A DNA stretch of 64,000 bases from Bacillota bacterium (GCA_050259635.1 JBLNBA010000002.1:154906-218905); one strand, 5' to 3'. Positions 18,118 through 28,193 are shown, counted from the first letter of the stretch. Translations and numbers: made by a program. Notes: generated by a model not told the origin, from the letters alone.

Positions 18118-18744
18118 GTGAAAACAGATATTTTGATTTCAAATATCCCGACTTGGAAATTGAATGACATGGTAAAAAAGATTATGGCTCAAACAGGTAT
18201 AACCGAACCCGAAGAAGCGGTTAGGATGATGAATTCGGGCGAACTAGAAGTTCGTGTAAAGAAGTGGATTATTGAGGACGGAATAATTTGTTTCTCAGTA
18301 AAGTCTGATGGAGCGAGCGGAAATGAATGGATAACTCGTTTAAATCGGAGAGATATCCGATTAACCGGAAAGGCGGAAAAATTCTTACTATCAAAGAGGT
18401 TTAAGGCTACGTCAGGAAAATTGAGTAAAATCATAATCCTCAAGAATAGTTTGTTCCAGTTTTATGAACCCGACCTTCTGCAAATTCGCCAATACGCGGA
18501 AACGCTCGGCTTCTCTACTCCTGATGTGGAAACTGCCTGTCTAATCCGTGAAAAACTTTCTAGTAAGGATGTTGCTGAAATGGGATGCAAAAATATTGCC
18601 GTGATGCATAAGCCGATCAGGGTTGATGGCGAGCATCTTATATTTAATATTTGTGATATTGATAATATTACATTATTGAGTGCTATCAGCGAAGATCCTA
18701 ATGAAATTTGGTCTCTCGGTGGAGGATTCGCCTTTACGTCTTAG
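18118..18744 (+). CDS. Hypothetical protein, recalled CPR family ending PxxxWxxxGGFAF (DGR-target/CLec-like)
   Basis: AGGAGG SD before GTG, own promoter and terminator, AT-rich; family recognised from memory only. Confidence 0.65.
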   Translation: MKTDILISNIPTWKLNDMVKKIMAQTGITEPEEAVRMMNSGELEVRVKKWIIEDGIICFSVKSDGASGNEWITRLNRRDIRLTGKAEKFLLSKRFKATSGKLSKIIILKNSLFQFYEPDLLQIRQYAETLGFSTPDVETACLIREKLSSKDVAEMGCKNIAVMHKPIRVDGEHLIFNICDIDNITLLSAISEDPNEIWSLGGGFAFTS

Positions 18745-18755
18745 TACGGAAATTT

Positions 18756-18825
18756 GCCTCTGGTAATTTATTATCAGAGGCTTTTTAATTTCATATTTAA
18801 AAAAAGCTCCCTTTCGGGAGCTTTT
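18756..18825. terminator. Two back-to-back terminators
   Basis: GCCTCTGGTAAT/ATTATCAGAGGC plus T tract; AAAAGCTCCC/GGGAGCTTTT. Confidence 0.75.
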
Positions 18826-18841
18826 CATATTTTTGGTTTAA

Positions 18842-20173
18842 TCAATGCAACTGCTGCTTGAATACCCCAGCCTGTCCGTCAATCTTCGCGTAGAAATAAA
18901 GGATTTCTTCTTTTTCGTCGATCGCTAATCCTGAAATCTGCTCGGCTTCAAGGACGGTGATGGGCAGTTTTTGTTCAAGGTTGAGATTCACTACTTGGAT
19001 CTTATTGGCACTGCTATAGACGAGGTAATTTTTGGTGCGGTTCCAATCCATGCCGGTAATTTCATCGCTTACTCGGATAAGGAGCTCTTGGCGTCCAGTC
19101 TTCAGATCCAAGGTGTTGATTTCGTAGCCGTTATGCCAGAGCAGGTAGCTTGCGTCCAGCCACTTCCAAGCGACTACCGGCTTTATCTGGCGGACGATGG
19201 GTTGGGAAGGATAATCAGCGAGGATATATAAGGAGTGTTGGCGGCGATCATATAGGTCTAGCCGTCCTTCCTGGCGGCGGAAGGCGTAATTGCCGGAAGG
19301 TATTTCGGAGGATGACTGTCGCAGGGAGGTTGAGGTATCGTAGACGCGCAGAAAACTCTTGCCTTCTTCTTGCTCTACCGTATATATTGAGTTTTCGTTT
19401 ACAGCATAGGAGACGTAATCTCCGCCGGATAAGACCGTGCTTGCCGTGTTGTTATCGGTGAGGAAGCAGCCGATGGTATTGTCCGAGCGATAATATACGC
19501 GGTTCGAGCTTTCATCCCAGAAGAAATCTACCGCTCCTTGGCCGAGCGTTCCAAGATCAAAGCTGGGCGTTCCTCCGTTTAAGCTGAAAAGCTTTCCGCC
19601 AAAGAAGGCTTGCGATCCGCTTTTGGACCATTGGACCGTATCTGCGCTGCCTTGCAGCCGGCTCGTTGTCTCGGTTTTCAGGTTTATCGCCGTGCCGTCT
19701 TTTGGAAGGATAAGGAAATTCTTCTTGGTTTCGGGGAAAGAAAGCTCTTGGGGGGCGCAAAGAGCAAGGCTGGATGGCGTGGAGCGCTTGAACAAGATCA
19801 TGTCTTCCGCAAAGGAAGCCTGTCCCGATTCAATACGTACTTTCTTTTCCAGCGGCCAATAGCCATCTTTCTCTAAGCGCAGTGTGTATTCTCCCGGTTC
19901 CAGGTTCTTGATTTTTGTCGGCGTGGTAATATCATTCCGCCCGATATCGATGAGCCAAGAGCGACGTTGGCGCTCACCATTCAAGTAGATCACGGCGCCT
20001 TGCGGTTCGCTATCGAGGATTAGCATGCCAGTCTTTTCGATCAAGCGATCGAAACGAGGTGGCCAGGTCTTCTTTAAGGTATATCCGGCCGCATGGAAGG
20101 ATACTAAAACTGTCGTCACGACGAAGACGACGATAAAAAGGATGAACAGCAAGTCTCTGATTTTTTTATTCAT
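18842..20173 (-). CDS. PEGA domain membrane-anchored protein with probable beta-propeller
   Basis: N-terminal TM; TGMLILDSEPQGAVIYLNG...LEPGEYTLRLEKDGY. Confidence 0.8.
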   Translation of the reverse strand: MNKKIRDLLFILFIVVFVVTTVLVSFHAAGYTLKKTWPPRFDRLIEKTGMLILDSEPQGAVIYLNGERQRRSWLIDIGRNDITTPTKIKNLEPGEYTLRLEKDGYWPLEKKVRIESGQASFAEDMILFKRSTPSSLALCAPQELSFPETKKNFLILPKDGTAINLKTETTSRLQGSADTVQWSKSGSQAFFGGKLFSLNGGTPSFDLGTLGQGAVDFFWDESSNRVYYRSDNTIGCFLTDNNTASTVLSGGDYVSYAVNENSIYTVEQEEGKSFLRVYDTSTSLRQSSSEIPSGNYAFRRQEGRLDLYDRRQHSLYILADYPSQPIVRQIKPVVAWKWLDASYLLWHNGYEINTLDLKTGRQELLIRVSDEITGMDWNRTKNYLVYSSANKIQVVNLNLEQKLPITVLEAEQISGLAIDEKEEILYFYAKIDGQAGVFKQQLH

Positions 20174-20179
20174 ATAAGG

Positions 20180-21439
20180 TTATTCGGCACGGACTATATC
20201 GGCGCCTAATCCTTTAAGGCGCTCTTCCAATCTTTCATACCCGCGATCTATCTGGTAGATATTGTCGATTTCTGTCCGGCCCTCAGCGATCAAGCCAGCT
20301 ATCACTAAGGCGATACCGGCTCTTATATCCGGGCTTATCAGGCGTTTTCCATACAGACAGCAAGATCCTTGGACCACGACGCGATGAGGATCGCACATGG
20401 TGATGTTGGCCCCCATCTGAGAGAGCATGTCGGTCCAAAGCAGGCGTCGGTCGTAGATCACTTCTTGGATAAGGGAAGTCCCTTCCGCCTGGGTCATGAG
20501 GACGACATAGGGAGATTGTAAGTCGGTTGGGAAGCCCGGATACTCATGCGTTTTTAAGTCATGGGCGGTTATTTTTGCTCCTTTGAAGACTTTCAGATAA
20601 TCTTTGCCGGCTTCGTATTTCACCCCGATCTTATCAAAGATATCAAGCAGGCTGAGCAGGTGCTCAGGATTGCAGTCGGTGATGGTTATCTCCGCTTTGG
20701 CGGCGGCGGCAAGCAAGGCGAAGGAGCCGGCTTCCATCCGGTCGGGGATTATTCGGCAGAGTCCGCCTCCAAGCTTGGAAACGCCCTCGATCTTGATCAG
20801 GGTGCTGCCGGCGCCGGTAATTTTAGCCCCTTGGGAGTTTAGGTAATCCGCTAAAGCTTCTACTTCGGGCTCCATGGCGCAGTTGCGTAAGATGGTCGTG
20901 CCTTCCGCCAAGCAAGCGGTCATCATTAGGCTTTGGGTGCCGGTAACGCTCATTACGCTAAAAAAATAATCGCAGCCTTTAAGCTTCTTGGCCCGCAGGT
21001 GGTAATAACGGTCGCCATCAGAAATTTCCGCACCCATCTTTTTGAAGCCTTCAATGAAGAGATCGATTGGACGGCCGGCTGCTCCGATAACGCAGCCTCC
21101 GGGGTGAGGGAAATCCACTTGTCCGAAGCGAGCCAACAGGGGACCGACGAACATGACGGAGGTGCGGAATTTATCGGCAATTTTGGGGTCTAATTCGGTT
21201 TTGGTCACGGAGGAGGGATTAAGAACGACGGAATCGCCGTTCCGTTCTACCTTTACCCCCAAGTCTTCCAAAAGCTCCAAGGACTTCTCAACGCCGTCGA
21301 TAATAGGTAAGTTTTCAATTATCATTTTCTCTTCGGATAGCAGGCAAGCAGGCAGCATTATTTGGGCATTATTTTTGGCGCCCCCTACTTTAATCTCGCC
21401 GCTTAAGGGGCGGCCACCGTTGATGATGAATTTGGGCAT
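20180..21439 (-). CDS. murA: UDP-N-acetylglucosamine 1-carboxyvinyltransferase
   Basis: GGAKN, PGGCVIG, PDRME, YPGFPTDLQ, DIRAG, IDRGYE. Confidence 0.95.
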   Translation of the reverse strand: MPKFIINGGRPLSGEIKVGGAKNNAQIMLPACLLSEEKMIIENLPIIDGVEKSLELLEDLGVKVERNGDSVVLNPSSVTKTELDPKIADKFRTSVMFVGPLLARFGQVDFPHPGGCVIGAAGRPIDLFIEGFKKMGAEISDGDRYYHLRAKKLKGCDYFFSVMSVTGTQSLMMTACLAEGTTILRNCAMEPEVEALADYLNSQGAKITGAGSTLIKIEGVSKLGGGLCRIIPDRMEAGSFALLAAAAKAEITITDCNPEHLLSLLDIFDKIGVKYEAGKDYLKVFKGAKITAHDLKTHEYPGFPTDLQSPYVVLMTQAEGTSLIQEVIYDRRLLWTDMLSQMGANITMCDPHRVVVQGSCCLYGKRLISPDIRAGIALVIAGLIAEGRTEIDNIYQIDRGYERLEERLKGLGADIVRAE

Positions 21440-21576
21440 AGAATGACAGCTGGGCTTAATTTTTAATAGTCTAATCTTAACTTATTTATTGACATATTTC
21501 AAATATTTGGTAATATTGAAGGGTAAATCAGCGCACAGCCTGATTTTTTCTAATAATTTTGCTAATATTACATTGT

Positions 21577-21891
21577 ATGGCGAGAATCGCGGTTATTGCC
21601 ACCGGAGGCAAACAATATAAGGTCAAAGAGGGTGAAACTATCAAGGTGGAAAAACTCGAGTCCCAGGCTGGAGATAAGGTAGCTTTTGATACCCTCCTCA
21701 TTGCGGAAAGCGACGGAAGCTCCGTCCAGCTCGGCACCCCTTCTTTAGGGGAGAAGGTCAGCGGCGAAGTGATCGGCACAGCCAAGGAAGACAAGGTAAC
21801 GGTAGTTAAGTACAAGAGTAAAACCCGTTACAAGAGGACCGTCGGACATCGTCAGCTTAAGACTTCGGTCAAAATCCTGAGTATTGCCTAA
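21577..21891 (+). CDS. rplU: 50S ribosomal protein L21
   Basis: AVIATGGKQYKVKEG...GHRQ. Confidence 0.95.
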   Translation: MARIAVIATGGKQYKVKEGETIKVEKLESQAGDKVAFDTLLIAESDGSSVQLGTPSLGEKVSGEVIGTAKEDKVTVVKYKSKTRYKRTVGHRQLKTSVKILSIA

Positions 21892-21926
21892 AATAATTCA
21901 TACCGGTTATTAAAAGCCCGCTTTAT

Positions 21927-22124
21927 TTAGAGCGGGCTTTTTAGTAGGGATAGCATCATGGCGAGCCAAGGCTGGCGCATGAGCTTGGATCTGAGCCGGC
22001 GGAGGAGTGCAAGTACCCTCGCTAGCAACCTCAGAAGCGGTTTCTTCCAGGACGGTTTGAGCCGTACGGAAAAATAAATAGCGAGCCTGAGGAATAATAA
22101 GAAAAGAGCAAGGGACAAGAACAT
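21927..22124 (-). CDS. Small hydrophobic, basic hypothetical protein
   Basis: GGAGG SD upstream of ATG, follows recR; 3' end overlaps the terminator at 21911-21943. Confidence 0.4.
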   Translation of the reverse strand: MFLSLALFLLFLRLAIYFSVRLKPSWKKPLLRLLARVLALLRRLRSKLMRQPWLAMMLSLLKSPL

Positions 22125-22148
22125 CGTTAATCCTCCATTATTATTTGT

Positions 22149-22739
22149 TTATATATTATTTCTAAATTTCAAGGCGTTGGCTAAAGTAAGTTCATCCGCA
22201 TATTCCAGATCGGAGCCGGCAGGCAGACCGCGGGCCAGGCGGCTGAGCTTGATATCCGGAAAAATCTTTTTCAGATAAAGCGCGGTGCTTTCTCCTTCCA
22301 AGGTGAAATTGAGAGCCAAGATCACTTCCGTTATTTTTCCTTCGCGGATTCTTTCCTTAAGCTTGGCAATAGGGAGCTCCTCGGGTCCGATGCCCTCTAA
22401 AGTGTTGAGCAGGCCGCCAAGCACGAAGTAGCGACCGGTATATTGTCTGGTGTTCTCAATGACGGCCAGGTCCTGGATATTCTCAACAATGCAAAGCGTA
22501 CCCCCCGTACGTTCCTTGTCTGAGCAGATGGGGCAGGGATCTTGGGAGGAATATGCCAGGCAGATTGAACATTTTTTAGCTTTGCGAGGGAGCTCGGACA
22601 AAGAAGCGGCCAATGCTTGGAGGTCGGCGGGAGATGACTCCAGCAAATGAAAAACATAGCGCTCCGCAGTTTTGGGTCCGACACTCGGCAGCTTGGCGAA
22701 GCGGGTGATTAATTCTTGGATGTAATCGGGGTATCTCAT
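22149..22739 (-). CDS. recR: Recombination protein RecR
   Basis: LPSVGPKTAER, C4 zinc finger, GLPAGSDLEYADELTL. Confidence 0.95.
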   Translation of the reverse strand: MRYPDYIQELITRFAKLPSVGPKTAERYVFHLLESSPADLQALAASLSELPRKAKKCSICLAYSSQDPCPICSDKERTGGTLCIVENIQDLAVIENTRQYTGRYFVLGGLLNTLEGIGPEELPIAKLKERIREGKITEVILALNFTLEGESTALYLKKIFPDIKLSRLARGLPAGSDLEYADELTLANALKFRNNI

Positions 22740-23014
22740 TAGCTTAAGCCAGGGAATCCGCCCATTTCCTGCATCTTCTTGGCCATTAAGCGCTGGGTGC
22801 GTTTAATTGCCTCATTGAAGCATGATTTGACGGCGGACGTCTGGGCATCGAGGCCAAGTTCCGGATTGAGGACAAGTTCGGTAATCTCGAGATTGCCGTT
22901 CAAGGTCAGTTTGACCCCGTCTTTTTCCTCGGTCACACTTTCTTTGGAGAGAGCGTTCTGCATTACTTTGGCTTGGCTGCGTAAGTCTTTGAACTGTTTA
23001 AGCTTATTGAACAT
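22739..23014 (-). CDS. ybaB: YbaB/EbfC nucleoid-associated protein
   Basis: Size, sequence pattern and position directly upstream of recR. Confidence 0.85.
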   Translation of the reverse strand: MFNKLKQFKDLRSQAKVMQNALSKESVTEEKDGVKLTLNGNLEITELVLNPELGLDAQTSAVKSCFNEAIKRTQRLMAKKMQEMGGFPGLS

Positions 23015-23052
23015 AATGTTTGTACTTTATACTTTTATATCTTATCTAGGCT

Positions 23053-24447
23053 TTATTTAGCTGGGGAGGAGGGGTATGTCTGATTGGACAGATTGCGGAA
23101 GCTGGCGGTGTTCTCGTCGAAGAAAAGGTCTATCTTGCCGGTGGGGCCGTTACGGTGCTTGGCGATATGGACTTCCGCTTTATAGCGTTCATCCATAGGG
23201 AGGTCGTTCGGGTTATATGAGCGGTCTGCCGCTTTGCGATAAAGGAACATAACGATATCGGCATCCTGCTCGATTGAGCCGGAGTCGCGGAGATGGGAGA
23301 GCTTGGGAATGGCGGGGCTGGTTTGTTCCACGGCGCGTGAGAGCTGGGCGAGGGCAAGGACCGGGATATTAAGTTCACGGGCGATGCCTTTCAGGCCGCG
23401 GCTGATTTCACCTATTTCCTGGACGCGATTGTCGTTGTACCGACCCCTGCCTTCCATGAGCTGGAGATAATCGATCACTATCAGACCGAGGCCTTTTTCC
23501 ATTTGGAGACGGCGGCATTTAGCGCGGATTTCCATCACGCTCAGCGTGCTGGAGTCGTCGATGTAGATGGGAGCGTCGGCTAATTCTCCCATGGCCTTAC
23601 CGATCTTGGTAAAATCATTATCTTCTTCGCGGTCCGAAAGATTACCGGTGCGCATTTTCCACAGGTTTACATTAGCTTGGGCGCAGAGCATGCGGTCCAC
23701 TAATTGTTCTTTTCCCATTTCCAGAGAAAAGATGCCGACACCGGCTTTATTGCGTATGGCCGCTTGCCGGGCAATATCCAGGGCAAAAGAAGTTTTACCG
23801 ACGCTCGGACGAGCGGCGAGGATAATGAGATCGGATTTCTGCAGTCCGGCAAGTAGGGAATCTAGATCGGTGAAACCGGTGGAGAGGCCGCGGAGCTTTC
23901 CGCCGCGCTTATGGAGCTCATCTATGCGTTCGAAAGCGTCGGTGAGGAGGCTGTCTAAGGGGAGAAAGGCATTTTTGAGATATTTTCTTGAGACTCCGAA
24001 TATCCTTTTTTCTGTCTCATCAAGGACTTCATCAATATCGCGGTCCTCGTCAAAGCTGGCGCTGGTTATTTCTGCGGCTGCCTGTTGGAGACGGCGGAGA
24101 GTGGCCTTCTTCTGGATGATATTCGCATATTGGGCAACATTGCCGGCGGTAGCGACGGCATTTGCCAGTTTGGCCAGATAGGTACGGCCGCCGATATCGG
24201 CGAGTTGGCGCTTGTCTTCCAGCTTGTTGGCAAGCGTAATGATGTCTATCGGCTCCTGGCTGTTGTACAGTTCCTGGACCGCTTCGTAGATTTTCTGGTT
24301 AGCGTGGCGATAAAAGTCTTGAGGAAGCAGCAAATCTACGACTTTAATGATGGCATCCTTGTCTATAAGAAGACAACCGAGGAGGGATTCCTCTGCTTCC
24401 AGGCTGTGTGGCGGTATCTTTTCGATGAGGCTTTTTTCGGCTGCCAT
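23053..24447 (-). CDS. dnaB: Replicative DNA helicase
   Basis: PPHSLEAE, AARPSVGKT, FSLEM, IDYLQL, LRDSGSIEQDAD, IAKHRNGP. Confidence 0.97.
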   Translation of the reverse strand: MAAEKSLIEKIPPHSLEAEESLLGCLLIDKDAIIKVVDLLLPQDFYRHANQKIYEAVQELYNSQEPIDIITLANKLEDKRQLADIGGRTYLAKLANAVATAGNVAQYANIIQKKATLRRLQQAAAEITSASFDEDRDIDEVLDETEKRIFGVSRKYLKNAFLPLDSLLTDAFERIDELHKRGGKLRGLSTGFTDLDSLLAGLQKSDLIILAARPSVGKTSFALDIARQAAIRNKAGVGIFSLEMGKEQLVDRMLCAQANVNLWKMRTGNLSDREEDNDFTKIGKAMGELADAPIYIDDSSTLSVMEIRAKCRRLQMEKGLGLIVIDYLQLMEGRGRYNDNRVQEIGEISRGLKGIARELNIPVLALAQLSRAVEQTSPAIPKLSHLRDSGSIEQDADIVMFLYRKAADRSYNPNDLPMDERYKAEVHIAKHRNGPTGKIDLFFDENTASFRNLSNQTYPSSPAK

Positions 24448-24619
24448 AGACTAATTTCTTAAAATTGCCCTTATATTCTATCTTACATCGCCCTTTGGGG
24501 CAAGGCAAGATATTAACCCGTTTTACACGGATTATACCCAAGGCCCCAGATTTTGGCGCGGTTTGACAGGTAATCCTTCTTATCCTAAAGTGGAAGAGCA
24601 ACTAACAAAGGAGGAAAAA

Positions 24620-25081
24620 ATGAAACGGCAAATAGATGGTTTTTTAAAAATCCTTGGCTTGCATCGATTGAAGATAGATATTGATGCTTTAAGGAAAGAT
24701 ATAGCTCCTTTTGACGAAGAAAATTGGATCAAAATCGGTACCTTAACTAAAAATGAAAAAAGGCTGTACGCTGTCGCTGACTGGTGCGGGAAAAATGGAG
24801 ACCGTTTAAGCAACGAAAGCGGAATCATCGAATTTTGCTCAGAAGAGCTGAGGGAAACACTGGAGATCAATTGTGATCATAAAGATGATAATAGCGTTAA
24901 GTTAAAGGCGCTTGAACTGATGTGTAGTTCATATCTTAATTATCTTCTGCATGAGCGCTTATATATAAGCATGATGATACCATTGCTTGTGTTTGATGAT
25001 TTTTCGGTATGTTATTATGTCCCAAGTACGGTAAGGCCGGTCCCAGGGAAGTGGGTAATTCCCGAGTTCGCCAAAAACTAA
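24620..25081 (+). CDS. Hypothetical protein (AT-rich solo unit)
   Basis: TTGACA at 24563, AAGGAGG SD before ATG 24620, terminator after stop. Confidence 0.6.
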   Translation: MKRQIDGFLKILGLHRLKIDIDALRKDIAPFDEENWIKIGTLTKNEKRLYAVADWCGKNGDRLSNESGIIEFCSEELRETLEINCDHKDDNSVKLKALELMCSSYLNYLLHERLYISMMIPLLVFDDFSVCYYVPSTVRPVPGKWVIPEFAKN

Positions 25082-25085
25082 ACCT

Positions 25086-25156
25086 AATCACCTCATAAAA
25101 GAGGTGATTTTTTATTGTTTATTACAAAAAATCACCCATAAAGGTGATGTTTTTTT
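25086..25156. terminator. Two near-duplicate terminators
   Basis: AATCACCTCATAAAAGAGGTGATT and AATCACCCATAAAGGTGAT. Confidence 0.7.
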
Positions 25157-25160
25157 CAGG

Positions 25161-25234
25161 AGCCGCCTGTCGGATTCGAACCCACGACCTGCTGTTTACA
25201 AAACAGCTGCTCTAACCAGCTGAGCTAAGGCGGC
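25161..25234 (-). tRNA. tRNA-Thr(TGT)
   Basis: Cloverleaf GCCGCCTTAGCTCAG...GCTGT-TTTGTAA-ACAGC...GTTCGAATC; CCA not fully encoded. Confidence 0.95.
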
Positions 25235-25245
25235 GACAAGCTAAA

Positions 25246-25321
25246 TGGTGCGCCCAGAGGGATTCGAACCCACGACCGTCTCCTTAAAAGGGAGCTGCTC
25301 TACCAACTGAGCTATAGGCGC
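25246..25321 (-). tRNA. tRNA-Lys(TTT)
   Basis: GCGCCTATAGCTCAG...CTCC-CTTTTAA-GGAG...GGGCGCACCA. Confidence 0.95.
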
Positions 25322-25433
25322 GTATGTTTGATAGGGAAGGGCAATAAAAATAGCCCTAAAGCTATATGATTAATTTGATATTAACAAAAACTTTTAGCTC
25401 TGACAATAGGGCGAAGCTTCCGGATAATAAAGG

Positions 25434-25466
25434 TACCTTGCATAATAAGGTAGTGTATGATATGAT
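25434..25466 (+). promoter_or_regulatory. Probable PadR operator overlapping promoter
   Basis: Palindrome TACCTT-N7-AAGGTA (25434-25452) over TTGCAT-17-TATGAT. Confidence 0.6.
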
Positions 25467-25485
25467 GTAATCAAATTAATAAAAT

Positions 25486-25824
25486 ATGGAAAAGATCAAT
25501 CTAGAAAACTCGCAAGCGCAGATGAGAAAAGGCTTTTTGGAATATTGCATCCTTCTTATCATTTCCAGGCAAAAGGCTTACGCCTCTGATATCCTGGCAG
25601 AACTCAGAAAGGCAGACTTGCTGGTTGTTGAGGGAACGCTGTATCCCTTGCTTAGCCGTTTGAAAAATTCAGGCATGCTGGATTACCACTGGCAGGAATC
25701 AAAGAGCGGTCCGCCGCGTAAGTACTATGAGCTTACCGCTCTCGGACGGACGATGCTCAAGCAGTTGGACGGGACCTGGGAAACGCTTCAATTATCAATT
25801 AGCGCCTTACGCGAATTACGTTAA
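25486..25824 (+). CDS. PadR family transcriptional regulator
   Basis: MRKGFLEYCIL, VEGTLYPLLSRL, GPPRKYY. Confidence 0.93.
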   Translation: MEKINLENSQAQMRKGFLEYCILLIISRQKAYASDILAELRKADLLVVEGTLYPLLSRLKNSGMLDYHWQESKSGPPRKYYELTALGRTMLKQLDGTWETLQLSISALRELR

Positions 25825-25831
25825 TAAAAAT

Positions 25832-27355
25832 ATGGAAAAGACAATCTCAATCAATTTAGGCGGCAATCTCTTCTATGCCGAAGAGGACGCCTACCAACGC
25901 CTAGACTCTTATCTTAAGGAAGTGGAACGCTACTTCAAAGAGCAGGAGGATGACAGCGAGGAGATCCTTAAGGACATAGAGACCAGCTTGGCCGAGCACT
26001 TTACCGCGGCGGGGGCCGGTGACCTTAAGCGGGCTGTAACCCTTTCCGAGGTGGAGGACGCCTTGAAAGACATGGGTACTATCCATGACTTCTCTGGCGG
26101 CAATGAAGCCCGGGTGGAAGCGCCCTCGGATGGTCCGCGCCGCTTTTATCGCGATAGCGAGCATGCGGTAATCGGAGGCGTTTGCTCTGGGCTCGGGCAT
26201 TATTTCGGCGTTGATCCGGTTTGGATCCGCCTGCTCTTCGCACTGTCAATCTTTTTCTGGGGGTTTGGTGTGGTTATCTACCTCTTGATCTGGATAGCCG
26301 CTCCGGAAGCCAAAACGGTTTCGGAAAAACTGGTAATGCAGGGTGCGGCCGTGAATCTGTCTTCCTTGTCCGCTAAAATGAAGGAAGGGATCGATTCGGA
26401 AAAGGTGAGGCAGACAGGAAATGCTATATCCCGGTTTTTCAATCGCTTGTTTGATCTTATCGGCCGCCTTATCAGAGGTATCGGGCCACTTATCAGAATT
26501 TTGATTGCGCTTTTCTTCGGCTTCTTCGCTCTCGCCGGATTCGTTTTGATCAGCTTGATGGGTGTCGTGGCGGTTTGGAGCGGTCGGCAGTATTTCGACC
26601 CCGGCTTGATCGCCGCCATCGGCTGGCCTTATCCTTGGCTGGTTCTCAGCAGCGTCTTAGTCTTGGTCTTACCTTGTTTAGCGGCCGTTTTCGCCGCTAT
26701 CGCCCTCTTGCGCAAAAAGAATTGGGTTTCGGTCGGAGTTTGGATTGGGCTATTCCTTGTCTGGTTTGTGAGTGTTCTGGCAGCCGGGGCTTTATTCAGC
26801 GATTCCTTTGTGAGAGTGAAGCCATATGTAGAAGAGGTCGGACAGGCATCTATCCCGCTCCAGGGCGAGGCCGATACGGTCCGGCTCGAAGCCCCGTATT
26901 ATCTTTCGGTCGTTCCGGGAGAGAAGCTCGCTTTACATGTCGAGGGCCATCCGGCAGATATCTCCCGGGTAAGGGCGGAGATAAAGGACAAGGTGTTAAC
27001 CATTAGCCGCGATGACCAGGAATGGCTGTATGTCAATTACGGCCGTAACGTGAGACTGGTGTTAGAGGCCCCGGTGTCCATGCGGAAGGTGGAAATACAG
27101 GGAGGTGGCTTTTTGGATGCAGGCCAATGGCCAGGACAGCCCTTGCAGGTTATATATAAGGACAGAAGCCTGGACATAAGGACGGTAAACAGCACTTCAT
27201 ATTATATCCAGGAAGGAATCCCTTCCGCTGGCAGCGCCCAGGCGGGCACATGGGGTGTCACTGAAGGCGATGCTGGAAATATCCGGATGCAGATCATGAA
27301 AGAAGGTCCTCAAATGGAGGCAGTACCCGTGATCAATGCGATTAAGGTCAGATAA
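25832..27355 (+). CDS. PspC domain membrane protein with C-terminal extracellular domain
   Basis: MEKTISINLGG N-terminus, RFYRDSEHAVIGGVCSGLGHYFGVDPVWIR; typical padR-pspC pair. Confidence 0.88.
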   Translation: MEKTISINLGGNLFYAEEDAYQRLDSYLKEVERYFKEQEDDSEEILKDIETSLAEHFTAAGAGDLKRAVTLSEVEDALKDMGTIHDFSGGNEARVEAPSDGPRRFYRDSEHAVIGGVCSGLGHYFGVDPVWIRLLFALSIFFWGFGVVIYLLIWIAAPEAKTVSEKLVMQGAAVNLSSLSAKMKEGIDSEKVRQTGNAISRFFNRLFDLIGRLIRGIGPLIRILIALFFGFFALAGFVLISLMGVVAVWSGRQYFDPGLIAAIGWPYPWLVLSSVLVLVLPCLAAVFAAIALLRKKNWVSVGVWIGLFLVWFVSVLAAGALFSDSFVRVKPYVEEVGQASIPLQGEADTVRLEAPYYLSVVPGEKLALHVEGHPADISRVRAEIKDKVLTISRDDQEWLYVNYGRNVRLVLEAPVSMRKVEIQGGGFLDAGQWPGQPLQVIYKDRSLDIRTVNSTSYYIQEGIPSAGSAQAGTWGVTEGDAGNIRMQIMKEGPQMEAVPVINAIKVR

Positions 27356-27427
27356 TTGATAAAATGAAGTAAGCAGCAAAAAAGCCCTGATTAATCTCAG
27401 GGCTTTTATTTACTTAATTTAATGCTG

Positions 27428-27616
27428 TCAGAAGACAAATATCTCGTCTATCGTCTTTCCCAGAGCCCGGGCAACGCTATGAGCAAGCTGGAGGGAGGGA
27501 TTATATTTACCTGCTTCCAGAAAAAGGATGGTCTCCCGGCGGACGCCGCAGATCTTTGCCAGTTCGTCCTGGGTCAAACCTTTGCGAAGGCGCAATTCTT
27601 TTATGCGGTTCTGCAT
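27428..27616 (-). CDS. XRE family HTH regulator
   Basis: [24 protein letters not shown]. Confidence 0.92.
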   Translation of the reverse strand: MQNRIKELRLRKGLTQDELAKICGVRRETILFLEAGKYNPSLQLAHSVARALGKTIDEIFVF

Positions 27617-27617
27617 A

Positions 27618-28193
27618 TTATTTCGGGCAGGCCACGGTCGGCTTGGGATTTGCCGGGTGCCCGTGCTCTACCCATGATCCGTTTTTACAGATCCAATCAT
27701 CTTCCCCAGTGAATAGCCGGAGGCTGCCGGCGGCAAAAATGAAAGACAGGAAAAAGGCGATAATGAGATACGGCCCGAAGGCTTTTAGCCAAGAGCGGAA
27801 ACCTGGTTTGTCTATTTGGGCTTTCATTCTCAGGTACTGGAAGATGGCGGCGTTAAGCAGGAGCATGGCGATGACCAGGTATGAAAGCAGGATGGCGAAA
27901 GAATATAGTTCGGGCTTCTGCTTGGAAAAATGCATCAAGAGAAAAAAACCGACCATCATGATTACGCTCACCGCGCTGAGAGTATAGCGGGCAGACTGGC
28001 CGGCCAGGGAATAGTCTCGCTCATCGGCCAAGATACCGTCTACATGCTGGCGCAAGTTGTACAGGATGATCCAGCCGAGAAGGGCGGCGATGATGGGGAG
28101 AAGATAATTGCCGGTAGTGACTAAGGTGGAAATGCCAAAAGCCAGGACCATGGCAACTGCCAAGCGGCAGGCTTTGTAACTTTTGAGGGTCAT
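27618..28193 (-). CDS. DUF2178-like membrane protein with C-terminal Cys/Trp motif
   Basis: ADERD motif between TMs, upstream of XRE gene; tail [17 protein letters not shown]. Confidence 0.7.
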   Translation of the reverse strand: MTLKSYKACRLAVAMVLAFGISTLVTTGNYLLPIIAALLGWIILYNLRQHVDGILADERDYSLAGQSARYTLSAVSVIMMVGFFLLMHFSKQKPELYSFAILLSYLVIAMLLLNAAIFQYLRMKAQIDKPGFRSWLKAFGPYLIIAFFLSFIFAAGSLRLFTGEDDWICKNGSWVEHGHPANPKPTVACPK

